Shown: piece by piece, positions 27,101-38,886 of the stretch
Position numbering within the stretch: position 1 is the stretch's first letter
How the letters are laid out: every line of letters starts with the position of its first letter
Notes under the pieces: model-generated
Told to the model about the DNA's origin: nothing
What the model saw: only the letters and a program-made list of their open reading frames with translations
Databases searched by the model: none
From: Lingula anatina
Lineage: Eukaryota; Animalia; Brachiopoda
Assembly (NCBI GenBank): GCA_051362555.1
Contig: CM120641.1
Location: 5,642,001 to 5,706,000, forward strand
DNA: 64,000 nucleotides
Direction of reading: 5' to 3'
Position numbers and translations under genes: made by a program

Positions 27101-29339
27101 TCATCATACTAAATTCATAAATGTGAAAAGTCATTCTAACCTTTGTTTAGACGTAAATACTACTAAATTATGGTTCTTTAATTTATTAACTGGGATGTAG
27201 AAAGCTCCTTTTACAAGTGTATATATCTAGGTCTACTTACTAGTATTAATTCATCTGAAGTTTTTTCTAATAACCTGGGTCCAAATCGGTCACAAGGCCT
27301 ATGGACAGTATAAATCTAGAAGATGTATTATTACTTAATAGCAGCACTGGCACTGGAGTCAGCCAGGAGGACAACTTGTCCACATTCAGCAGATTTTCAG
27401 ATATCTTAAATATTTTGGTCATTAGTCCTCCATGGTTTACTTTATATGAAATTATTCATCAGTAATTGGTAAAACAAAACTTTATTTTAATGATTAAAAT
27501 TAACAAGGTTTCTCAACTGCATCAATATGTGTGATTACAGAAGTTAGGCCAATTTTGGTGCAGGGCATGCAGTCATTGTGTGAACTGACATTTTGGTATA
27601 GGTTGTTATGGTATCTTTCAGGATGGAGCCCAAAGTCCAGAACAGTACATTACAGACATACGGAATGCCCTGGACATTCTACATCAGGAAGTTCCCAGAG
27701 CCTTTGTCAATCTTGTGGAAGTTTTCCAAGTTGAACTTATTGAGCAACTGAACCTAAACCTGCTGTGTAATATAGTCCATAGGTAATTAACATAATTTTG
27801 TGTAGCATGATATTATTATGTATGTACTACATGTATTAAAGTGCAACTCTCTCTTCACACAGGTATAATAATGCCAGAAAATGACAAAATAGTCTTTTTG
27901 TTGAAAAAAAAAACATTATACTTGAAAGAAATCTTTGGTTTCCTTGAAACAAGGATAGGGTTTGTTAAAAAAAAGATAAGAGATGATAAAAAACCACATA
28001 CACTGCAAAAACACATGGGTATTTGAAGATAAGGAATCATACTTATTTTGACACATTAGTGACTGAATTTATGAGAATATAAATTATAATAGCACTGGAG
28101 TTATAGAAATAAAATTTTTCTGTATCCAAATACTAAGTACTAATATGTACATTATAACTGTCTTATATTATTATAAGTGTTTATTAAAGATGTTCACTTT
28201 AAATGTCTAATATTTTAATAGATTAAATCTTATTTCATTTTAATACTTTTAACATCTTTGTATGTACAAACTATATTTTCTATAAAGAGAAAAAAGTAAA
28301 ATAATCTTTATTATTTTCTTTCATAGCATTACATGTGATTGTGCAGCTTTTCCAAAAAGTGAAGCTGCACTTGAGGCATTGAAAAGGGCAAATAAAAAAT
28401 ATGGTGAAAACCTGAATGCATTAGCCGACAGTGGTAGATATGATACCAGAGATGACTTCACAGTGGTGGTCCAACCTTTCTTCAGAAATACAATGTTCCC
28501 TACACATGCAGATGTTAGTTGGATATGTTGATGTGGTATTTTAATAGATCTTTCCAAGAAAAAAAAAATTTCAATATAAATTTTAATAAATCATGCTAAA
28601 AAGTATCCTATAAGAATATTCCAGCCAATTCTTATTTTCCCAAAATAAAAGCAATTTTCTCCTACTCTTGAATCATTGCTCAGCCTGTTCTAGATTGAAT
28701 GTTTTATACCATTTTAATTAAATAATTTCCTTGAAAATGACAGGTCAGTCACATAGACTACCATGTTTTATTGTATACTTCAAATGGAAACATTTTTTAC
28801 ATGTTGGATATAGACAGTTGGCCAGATCATTATTATTATTGTAACAGATGTACTCTTGGCCTGCAGGCCTGAACTTCAGTTGAATTAACCAGATATATAC
28901 ACAGCCATTTAGTGCAAACTGTGACAACAGGAGTAAAAGTTTGAAAAAAGTTGTATGTTAACATTCAAGGTATACATATTAGCTAAATTGATCATCTGTA
29001 TGTTAATGCAAGTAAAAGTTACACCTGTCAATTATAGTCTGAATTAAGTTTCATTTAAACTTACAGGGTTCTACTGACTCCAGCTTTGTAGCAGCCGACT
29101 GCTTTCATCTCAGTGGCAAGGGTCAGGCAGCCATGGCAGAAGCCCTGTGGAACAACATGGTCAGATTTATTTCTGATAATCCCGAATTGGGGTCAATTTG
29201 AGAAAAATGTGGAAAGAGATAAATGCCATCTTATTTTGAAAAGAAATTCAGTAAAAAATTAAGATCTTTAATGACTTTTTTGTACAATACATCATATTAC
29301 AGTTTCATATTTATCAAACTGAGTTTTTAGATATCTAAA

Positions 29340-29404
<65 letters not shown>

Positions 29405-29792
29405 CCTCTTTTTCATTTTCATATATCAGGTGGAGCCAGTAGGTGGGAAACGTACAGAATGGAGGGTTGGGGAAGCACTGGAGTGCCCTACAAATGCTAA
29501 CCCATACTTCTACACTAAGAAGAACAGCAACCCATCTTTCCTGCAGAGTGTTCAGAGCAATGCCATGGTGGGGAGCATGGCTGGCAACGGAGCTGGAAAG
29601 AGTTACGATCAGTTGACGGCTGCAGATACTAATACTTCTCAGGGAGTTCATGGAACTGGGATCATCATCGGCGCCGTAGGAGCCGGCATACTGCTCGGTG
29701 CTCTGTTGGTGGCAGGTGTTCTTTATCGCAAGTATCAGCTTAGAACTGGTGGTGAGAGGCGGGCCCTTCTTCAACCCAATCCAGCTGCTTGA
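20427..29792 (+). CDS. Phospholipase B1-like GDSL/SGNH lipase, single catalytic domain, signal peptide plus C-terminal TM helix (~485 aa)
   Basis: Exons: 20427-20493 (or 20487), 21463-21560, optional microexon 22698-22706, 22978-23041, 23364-23422, 23789-23856, 24076-24119, 25194-25314 OR 25383-25500, 26589-26721, 27622-27782, 28327-28513, 29067-29159, 29430-29792. Motifs: [55 protein letters not shown]. The first two exons are less certain. Confidence 0.9.
22249..22394. repeat. 41-bp perfect inverted repeat with a 64-nt spacer; probable Penelope-like element terminal remnant
   Basis: TGATTCAAGTATTAAACTTTTCAATTTCTACACTAAAAATA (22249-22289) and its exact reverse complement (22354-22394). Confidence 0.85.
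22295..22345 (-). ncRNA. Minimal type I hammerhead ribozyme candidate
   Basis: Minus strand reads UGACAUCACA-CUGAAGA-A-GAUCAC-GGAU-GUGAUC-GAAA-GCUC-UGUCAGG. This gives both conserved core boxes, a 6-bp stem II, a palindromic AGCU in place of stem III, and ACA/UGU as stem I. Confidence 0.65.
24131..24172. repeat. (CT)n(GT)n microsatellite
   Basis: Direct dinucleotide run in a lipase intron. Confidence 0.95.
25928..26075. repeat. 74-bp tandem duplication (2 copies)
   Basis: GTTGTCCTTTTAATCATAAATTTAAAGTGATAACAA...GGATTTTCCTGGGGTA at 25928 and 26002, near-identical. Confidence 0.9.
29343..29401. repeat. (TA)n microsatellite
   Basis: Direct TA run ending ~28 nt before the last lipase acceptor. 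Confidence 0.95.
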
Positions 29793-30850
29793 TTGAGATA
29801 TTAGTGTTGAAGTTTTCATTGATGATGAAGCATTCAAATGGATTTAAAGTTTGGAACTGGACTTATTGCATCATTCAAAGGATTAAATACTCACCCACTG
29901 TGATCTAAATGAAATCAGGTACCAGTGATATTATTTTCATGTACTTGAAAGACATTTGAACCAAATTGTTTACTTCTTAGTGTCCTTATTGGGCATAACA
30001 TTTGTCTATGCTTTTTACCATAGTATGATAATATTTTGAATCACATTTTTCTGTGATAACCAACATTAGAAGGTCTGCTCATTGATTGTGTTAGTGTCTT
30101 ATTTGATGCATTAATAACAAGAAAAATAATGACTGTACTGGCTAAGTTAAGATATACTGAACTATTACCAGGATTGTAAAACCCAGAGAATTAATAATAA
30201 AGTGTTAGAACAGTATAATTATTGTATTATTATCAATTACTTCAGCTTTCAAATAAGAAATCACATGAAATAAAATTGTATTCAAGAATGGTATTATTAT
30301 TGTTTTTATTAATTTCAGCTGCTTCCAAGTGCATAGAAATCATTAATAAAATTGCACTCAAAAATGGTATTTATTTTTAAAAAATAGTTGACATTACACT
30401 TTAAAGTCGAAAGCAATGGTTGATAATGATAAATTATTGTGTTGGGCAACTTTCTTACGCGACAAATTTGTAATGAAAAAAAATTGAGCATATAATTACC
30501 ACAAGATTATAAGTTGTTTCTAATGAAAGTTTTAAATGAAAGCTTTCCCAAAAATCACATGAATAACTTCTTTTCTTTAGCTTGCTACTGCTTCTTTCTA
30601 ATCGATCCCACCACCCCTAGACATTTCTTGACCCAAAGCAACGGGGCGAGAAAGACGGCAGCACAGGTGAAAGCTCGAATTTGGCGCGTCTTGTCGTAAC
30701 TACAGGTACATCAGCAAGTGCTGCCATCTCGCCGTTGTTGTGTTGTTAACGAAAGTGAAAATTTGTATAAGAGGAAGAGTCAATCGGTATCTCTCTCAGT
30801 CTGCCGAAAGCCGTCAGCGAAAACTTCGCGAGGGAGAAAGGGACACAATC

Positions 30851-32412
30851 ATGGCAAGAAGTCCAGTGAAAATTCGAAACTTTTTCGACTTCTCAGCAAA
30901 GCTGTTGTCTGGTGAAGATATCAACATGAGCCGCTACAAGGGCAAAGTGATTCTGGTGGAAAACGTCGCCTCCTTGTGAGGCACGACTGTACGGGATTTT
31001 ACCCAGATGAACGAGTTGAACTCCAAATTCAAAGGTCAGCTCGTTGTCTTGGGATTCCCGTGCAATCAGTTTGGTCACCAGGTAAAGTTATTTCCGTTAA
31101 AATGTTAAATCGATTTCACCTTGACTTCTAGATTCTTTAGAAAATCTTATCAAGTTTTGTAACATGAACAGCTGGCGTGATCACTGCTAAATAATCAATA
31201 GTAGGACGTTGCCCCCTCTTTTATTATAAAACGCTTATACCAAAAACGAACAAACGTTTAGAATTAATGAGATATTTGAATATATTGTTTTCTTTAAAAT
31301 CTAATACCACATATAGTTCCGGAGGTCAGAGAAGCAGGCATATTCAGCCTGCAAAAAATACCTTATCAGTCTGAGCAAAACCATTAGGAAAGCATGCACG
31401 ATAGACCAATCCTTACAGAACTTTGTTTGCACAAGATAAAGTAAAGTGGTTTCAACAAGTTCAGCTCGAGGCAAACACTTAAGCATACATGTTTGCCAAG
31501 TACAAGTACCTTTTGCTTTTTTAGATTTATTATGTAAATTTATATAAATCTGCAAAAGCTTAAAGTGTATGTATATCACTATGTGAATGTGTATTCTGAA
31601 AGAGTGAGCATTATTTGGTCCAGTTTACCCTCAAATTTAATGAATGTATTTTGCTACTAAATGACCCTAGAGTTGCTCATATATGTATGTATTCAGATGT
31701 ATGTAAAAGACAATGATCACATGTATAAATGTAATTCTTGACTGTCTTGATCATAAATGGAAACTGTGGATCTCCACCTAACAGGACTGATGTGGTTTTC
31801 AAAATCATAATATTCTAGTACTTTACTCATAATGTAAAATGATAGAAAATATCCCAATTGTCCTCATTGGGCAAACTTTATTTGCTTATGACTGTTTTTA
31901 CCTGCATACACTAAATGAGTCACATGCAAATAGAATTTTAAGGCTTTTAGAATGACATGTTTTTAGAGATCTAATTGCATACGTAATGCTCAGTTTCAGA
32001 AACATTTATTTCAAATTAAAAAAAAATCATAGACACTGAATAATTCCTTTTTATTTAGGAGAACGCCTCAGGCCAGGAAATCCTAAATTCCTTGAAGCAT
32101 GTGCGCCCTGGAAATGGATTTGAACCAAACTTTCCAATCTTTGACAAAGTTCTTGTGAATGGACAGGATGCCCATCCCATCTTTCAGTTCCTTCGAGAAT
32201 CACTGACATATCCTTCCGACGAACCAACAGAATTTATAAGCAACGCTAAACTTATCATTTGGGAGCCTGTCACACGATCAGACATTGCATGGAATTTTGA
32301 AAAATTTTTGATTGGTCCGGATGGAAAACCATACAAACGTTACAGTCGAAAGTTCCAAACCTGTAACATTGGTTATGACATTGCTGAGCTTATAAAACTG
32401 CACAACTTGTAA
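30851..32412 (+). CDS. Selenium-dependent glutathione peroxidase (GPx1/2-type), 194 aa, Sec encoded by TGA 30977-30979
   Basis: Exons 30851-31081 and 32059-32412 (phase-0 GT-AG intron). Reads [25 protein letters not shown]...[12 protein letters not shown]|EN...[14 protein letters not shown]...[17 protein letters not shown], so all GPx signatures continue in frame across the TGA. Confidence 0.96.
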
Positions 32413-33164
32413 TTCGAACTTGCGTAAAGACAGATAAAAAAATTGAATGCTTATATCTTAGTTGATGATATCTTAAAATTTGTATTTGATGAATGAAAAA
32501 AAGTGTCATAGCTTTGTTTTATTGGTAAATATAGTCACGAGATGAAGTGATGTGCATGATTTCAAAAATCCACATTTTGTGTTTTAGACTTTTGCCCTCG
32601 AGTTTCTTGTTAATGAACAGCTGCTACATCCTGTTATCTCACATACTGCTTTAAAGTGATTTTTATATACCGGGTGTTTATTTCCAAGAATTTTCTCAAG
32701 GCTACAGTATTTGATACACTTCTACGCAATGATATTATCTAGGATTTTTATAGTGAACTGTTTTAGTTTTTAAGTCCATAGTTTACATTACACTATTATA
32801 AATAAGAGATTTTTACAGGCGGTATTTACAATGGTTCTCAGTTTCTACTCAATTCTGCTCCCAAGATAATTAAGTGCTTGAAGTTAAGTTTTTACAATGT
32901 ATCAATTTATACAAAAGATATAACTATTTATTTAAGAGGCATTGTGAGATTTGTGATGTGCTGAAATATGAAGCTGGATTTCTTCAACTGCAATGTCACT
33001 GAGCTTTTGATAATGCCACTAAATTGTTTATGTGATTGAATCATTGTGTGTATTATCCACATATTTGTGTCATCTGGTTAAATTCTCATTCATGTGCCTC
33101 AATGGCTGTACACAGTTGACAGCATCCTGTTGTACAATATTAGTGTGTGCCCAGTGTGGAAGTA

Positions 33165-33227
33165 TTGTGTGTATGAAGGTGTCCACCCAAAGCCATACAG
33201 GTCAGGGGACACTGGACGGTGTCACAA
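33165..33227 (+). promoter_or_regulatory. SECIS element (form 2) in the GPx 3' UTR
   Basis: Helix I TTGTG/CACAA; core ATGAA (33173-33177) with GGAC (33214-33217); helix II GGTGTCC(A)CC/GGGGACACT; unpaired AAA then mini-stem GCC-ATACA-GGT. AATAAA follows ~60 nt downstream. Confidence 0.8.
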
Positions 33228-33284
33228 ACTGACCACACTGGGTTATGACACGCCATGGTACAACCTCATGCTGCAATGATGGTG

Positions 33285-33397
33285 GACCAATAAAATTGTA
33301 ATTGATATTATGATCACTGACTTATTGCTTGTAGGTTTTTGACCAATAAATTGTAATTGATTTTACCATCACTGACTTATTGCTTGAATGTTTTTGA
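33285..33397 (+). repeat. ~56-bp tandem duplication, each copy carrying an AATAAA poly(A) signal
   Basis: GACCAATAAA(A)TTGTAATTGAT...ATCACTGACTTATTGCTTG occurs twice, with AATAAA at ~33289 and ~33345. Confidence 0.8.
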
Positions 33398-34534
33398 TGC
33401 CTGCTTTTACATTAACTCAAGTTATGCATTTTTAGAAAATGGACAAGTTACATAATTGCTGCAATATTTCATGAAATACCTAGCTGCCAGGTTTTTGTCC
33501 TTTCTGCCCATTAATTATCTTTCATAACCAAGATATTTGAAATTATAACATTCTGAAATCTGGTTCGTGAGATAACATTTGGTCACAATGAGTCTAATCC
33601 TTATTTCCCTTTTCTTGTGATCTAATCTTTAACATGACATAAAGTGAAGGAAATGAAACATCAAACATAAGTCAGGTGACTTGGAAAAAAAAGTAATATT
33701 GCTGAATCACTGTTGTTCTCTAGGGCTTCGGTGACATTTTGATGGCTGGTTGGCAACCATTAATGTCTTTACTTATGAAACCACAGGATTGCAGAAATCT
33801 GATTTTATAACTTATTGCTGAGTCACTGATTATTAGTGCATTTTGCTGATCATCATTCCTGTAGAGCTTAATATATGATTATCACCTTCGATGTAGATTA
33901 TGTGATTATGTAATGAAATCAATAAATTGCAATGACCGTGCATGTTGAGTTGGACAGTCCAAGTGCACTTTATTTTAGCTGAAATTAAATAGTACAAAAT
34001 GAAAATAAAGAATTTTTTCTGATGCCCAAACAATCTTCAAGTGGTAGTATAAGTGCAGGTTTGCTTTTAAGAGGTCAAAGTCAGTAATGATTCCCTGGGT
34101 AATGAAAAAACAGCCTGGTGTGTAATGTATGCAGTGTGACTGTGAATAATATGCTTGTCTTAATGCATTCACAGCTAGCTAGCTTGCCCATATAGAATGA
34201 TTGCCATCTGTTATTCTCATGCACTTTTTTCTATTTCAAATTAAACATATATAGTAGTCTTACATGAACAGCTGAGCAGTTTGTTGTAGACCATTAATTT
34301 TATAGAATGTCAGTGTGTATACCAGTCACTCTGACATGCAATGTGTTTAAATCAATAATTCAAACAGGAAATTACTGAAATAACCTATAAGACATCCAGA
34401 TGGAAAGTTTATCATTCAAAGAACAAATTGTCAATTAATAAATAAAAGTAACTTAAACAACACCATTCAAATGTGAAATTTTCCCCTTAACTCCTCAAAG
34501 ATCATGTAAATAGAATTGTCCATTAGATGCCATC

Positions 34535-34580
<46 letters not shown>

Positions 34581-36072
34581 TTCAATTCGGCTAAAATAAG
34601 GGCATCTTGTTTAACTTGTTACATATCATGGATTAGTGGTTATGAAATTTGTTAATCTCATTAGGGCAGGCATGTAGTTGTGTAGGGTTTGTACATTGAT
34701 CCATCATCAAAGTGTGTTGTCTGAAAGCAGAGTTATGTTTATTGCTTTACAAAGTTTCAAAGTAGACCTAAAATATTGTTACCTTTCTGCATAAAATGTT
34801 ATCTAAAAATATTAACTGCTTTCAAAGATTACACGGTACATCTTTCCCAACAATAAGTAAAATAAAGACTATAAGCACAATTCGCTGAGCAGCAGGTAAA
34901 CAATTTTTTTTGAGTTAACAGGGTCATTAACCTTTCTGCACTCAAATCACCATATTACAATAGTACCAGGTCAGTTTGCACAAAGTCAATGTTTCAAACT
35001 TAACATGAAAATCTGCTGTACTAAAACACAGGCCATATGTTCCAAAATGGGTACAATCTGATGATTTTTTTGTACATTGATTTTCAGCAAGGAAAACAAC
35101 CTTTAAGTTAGTAAGAAATGAAATTATCAAAGTTCTCAAATTTGCATTCAAATATCAAGTGAAATTGAAAATACAGGATGTAACAGCAGCCATGGCAGAG
35201 CTAAGGTGTTTTTAAGGGTCTCTAATCGTCTGAATTGCAGAACAATAGCAATTAATTTTCACCAGCAATAGTGCTACAACAGATTACCTCTAAAATTTTC
35301 TTTTAGACCAATGAATGTGGGTCAGACTACTCAAATGTCAGTAATCAACATTCTTATGTGAATTAACTTCTATTCTATAGCACATTTGTTCAATTATTAA
35401 AAAAAAAAGAAAAAATGATTCACTGATTCTAGGACCTGTGGATAAATTGAAGAATCTAAGATCATTTATGATGTAAAACTGAGAATGCTTCTTTTAACAT
35501 AAAAGTTTTATTGCAATAAATAAAATTTAACAACAAAACACATATGTACAATATACAAATACACAAATGAATAAAATATTAAACCCCATACATAGTGAAT
35601 TTCAAATTTGTCTCTTCTGATAGTGTGTTGACTTAATAATTTATTATAAAAAACTGGAATGTCTTATCATTTCTTCCATACACTTCACACTATACTGCAG
35701 AATTTTGGAATACATGAACTACAGCAAAAATTGATAAGAATATGTTGTTTTACAATGAAACACAATCTGTGACAAATTGGCAATATCAAATATACCGTCA
35801 TGTACTATACTAAGAATAAGCTTTCATGAATATGGGGTGCCACTGGTAGTGTAACGATTTTACATAGCCTTTACCTCATTTTGGCCAATGTACAAGATTG
35901 TGTACTGAGAGGAATGACTCCCCTCATTCAGTTGTTACACAAGCTGGACACTCAACGTGAGGCTGTTGAACCCAAGGATTTGGTGCAACTCGTTGGCGAC
36001 AGCCTTAGATTATAGTCACAAACCAACAATTCCCTTAACCAGAAGAGAAGGGAGAATCTAAAATTTGCCATA

Positions 36073-37330
36073 GTGCAGGGGTATCGACATCTGTGGTCGG
36101 CCGCGACACCAGTTACAGAGTATCTCTTTGGGGATAATTTACCGATGGTGGTTAAATCTATCACAGAAGCGAACAATGCTAGCCTTCACCTTAGCTGTGG
36201 GTTTCATAATAGACAAGAATCAACAGACAACCAATCATGGTCGTCCACTCTGGAAAATGTAGAAACAGAGCTGCCCTATGCAGTGTCTGTCAGTTTTTGT
36301 CTAGAGTTTAAGTTTCAAGCTTTAAGTTAGAAGTACAGCAGCTTAGAATACAGCAAGATAGCCAGAGACATTGTAGAGTAAGCAGCATAGAGTGCAGCAG
36401 ACAATGTATAGTAATAGAAAAGTAGCTGGTTCCAGATACAGATACATGTGACTTTTTAAAGTGTTCTTAGAAAATAAAAGAAGAAAACCAACTGAAGTGT
36501 TGTTAGGTTTCTCAAATGGATCATGTGCCCGATGACGAGGGCCAGGTGGACTGCTCCCAGTTACTGGCAGAATTCACACAGCCATCTACTAGGGGGGAAA
36601 ATCAACTTACTACTTGCACAGCAGCAGATGGGATTTTTAAAGACTTAAGTCAGGAGTTGGAAGTAGAGGGCACTGGAACACCAGTACCAGAGGATATTGC
36701 AATTTGATCACATCTCTGATCTCTTCGGGCTTAGAGAGCAGAGATGCCAGCCACAGGGAGCACATCCACCTTCCTGCAGAGCAATGCCACAGCTTCCCAA
36801 CCAAACAGCCAAGGCCCCATACCAACACCACAAAATTGGGGGTACACGGGCCCTCCCATTCATACAGGACAATTTCACCCATCAGATAGATTCCGCCCCG
36901 CAGGGGAACAAGTGGTCGTATGCACAACCACTCCAGGATGGTCACTCGGGTCCATAGGGCAGTACAATGAAGGTAGGCAACCATTACACTCCACCCCTTT
37001 GGACCACCACATACCCAAGAACCTGCGTCAAAAGATATGGGACAATGAGTACGTGTCACTAAGAGACCTACTACCCCACACATCTAACACACTCACACCT
37101 TTTGACACTATTGAAGACGAGCAATTTGTCCAACAAAAGAAAACAGACGCGGACGGCAGCCTCACCATTATTTTGGCCCCTGTCACCAAAAAGAGCTCCC
37201 CCCTTACCTTTCCTCGGTGGCAAGTTGCTTTCAATATTTTTTTTAGTTATTTACCTCCAAAAATTCCTCTATCAATCTCTCAACCTACTGCAATACAACA
37301 ACAGGATAGTTGAGATTTTAACCCACCAAC
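36073..37330 (+). mobile_element. Decayed DIRS/Ngaro-type tyrosine-recombinase retrotransposon gag-like fragments
   Basis: TPVTEYLFGDNL..VKSITEANN and PLDHHIPKNLRQKIWDNEYVSLRDLLP...PLTFPRWQVAFNIF resemble ORF1 motifs of these elements. Frameshifted, with no RT or recombinase seen. Confidence 0.6.
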
Positions 37331-37865
37331 CCTCCCTGCACTTCAACATCCTTATTACCTACCTACTACATCTTCCACTCTGCTAAACATCCCATTCCCC
37401 TTTGGCGTCTTTATTGGCCCCACCTTCAATAATTGCCAACCTTGCTCAAGTATTCATCTCAGTATTTTAACAATTTGTCGTACCGCTCGGTTGTCAAGGT
37501 GTTACTGCTCGAGCAACACAGGGTGACTCCCGCTCTCGCCACCAACACCAACCAATTATTGAACCAAGCAAATAACTACTGAGGTACCTTATTATTTTGG
37601 ACTTTACATTAAGTATGTGTGACATGTAAGAAAAATATAACAAGATAAACTACCTGTGATGTTTAGTACTTTTATTTTACAGAGATACAGCAATCCAACA
37701 CGCAATGCACAAAATGTGGATTATTTCTTTACTAAAACATTTTGGAAATTTGTGAAAAATGGCACAAACAAACCATATTTCATTTATTGAACGAAATAAA
37801 CTTATAGGAATTTTTCTTGCAACTAATTTGAAATTCTTAATTCTGTTTGTTAGTGTAATGCTGTA

Positions 37866-38445
37866 GTGCCAATGACCCTTGATGATTGCTACAAGCTTGA
37901 AAGTAATACCACCAGACAAGCAGCATGTGATTCATGGTTTAGTGCTAGAAAAAATAGAATAACTGCTTCTCAGTTCAATAAAATCCTTAAGAGGAAAAAA
38001 GATTTTACAGATAAATTTGTTTCATCAATTTTTGATGAGTGTTTTTTTTACATCAACTGCTACTACTTATGGCAAAACCCATGAGCCTCTAGCCAAAGTT
38101 GCATACACCTCAGAATATGCATCTGTACACATACATGATTGTGGTCTGGTAGTAAACCCTGCCTTTTCATTTTTAGGGGCTTCACCTGATGGAAAACTTT
38201 GTGATAAAAGTATTACTGGTATTATTGAGATAAAGTGTCCATATACTGGTAGAGATAAATCTATTTCTGATTGCTTAGCATTACTTCACTTTTGTTTAGT
38301 TGAAAATAATGGGAATATCCATCTTTCACATACTCATGACTATTACTATCAAGTACAAGGGCAGTTGCTTGTGACATCTGCACCTTTCTGTGATTTTGTT
38401 GTGTTTACTGTGAAAAAAATCCAGAAATCTGATGCACCGGACTGA
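37866..38445 (+). pseudogene. YqaJ-like (lambda exonuclease family) nuclease, frameshifted, transposon-derived
   Basis: WFSARKNRITASQF, then after a frameshift YGKTHEPLA...CGLVVNPAFSFLGASPDG...IIEIKCP...YYYQVQGQL...CDFVV. Confidence 0.85.
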
Positions 38446-38873
38446 TGAGTGTTTGTCCGGCAAGATGGCGACTGTTTCACAAATTTATCACGTGACATTA
38501 ATTATACTGTTCATTGGCTAAAACAATGGTGTCAATCACTCTGCTGGATCGGTGTATTAAGCAGATTACTTTGTCTGCAGCTTATTGAGAATCCCCACAG
38601 AGATATATTTATTGTAATGTTAGTAATTGACAGCCACAAATGAATAAAGAGAAGGGAGTGTTTTGTAGAGTAACTTGATTGACATGACCTCGTTGTACTT
38701 AAGCACAGAATTTAATGTAAACGAGAGAGAACGATGTAAGAGGTTGAATGGAGAGAAATAAATTGTAGATAGCATAGTTAGAAAGTGATAATAAAGGATG
38801 TGAAGGAACATGAAAGTCATTTAGTTCTTACCTCATGTAACAAGTAAGACAAAGTCAATACCTTCATCACATA

Positions 38874-38886
38874 TGGTGGAGGATGC
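38874..38886 (+). other. Primer-binding site (tRNA-Ala complementary) of a Gypsy element
   Basis: TGGTGGAGGATGC lies 2 nt after an LTR-like ...CA end (38871) and just upstream of gag remnants. Confidence 0.6.

Noticed and set aside
29340-29837. 165-aa minus-strand ORF
   Set aside because: Antisense shadow of the last lipase exon running into a (TA)n microsatellite.
32968-33012. Second SECIS candidate ATGAAGCT...AGCTTTTGAT in the GPx 3' UTR
   Set aside because: Helix II pairs only ~4-5 bp and the geometry is poor compared with the element at 33165-33227.
33800-35200. Scattered minus-strand splice-like signals and short ORFs downstream of GPx
   Set aside because: They could not be joined into a coherent reading frame and no protein similarity was recognised.
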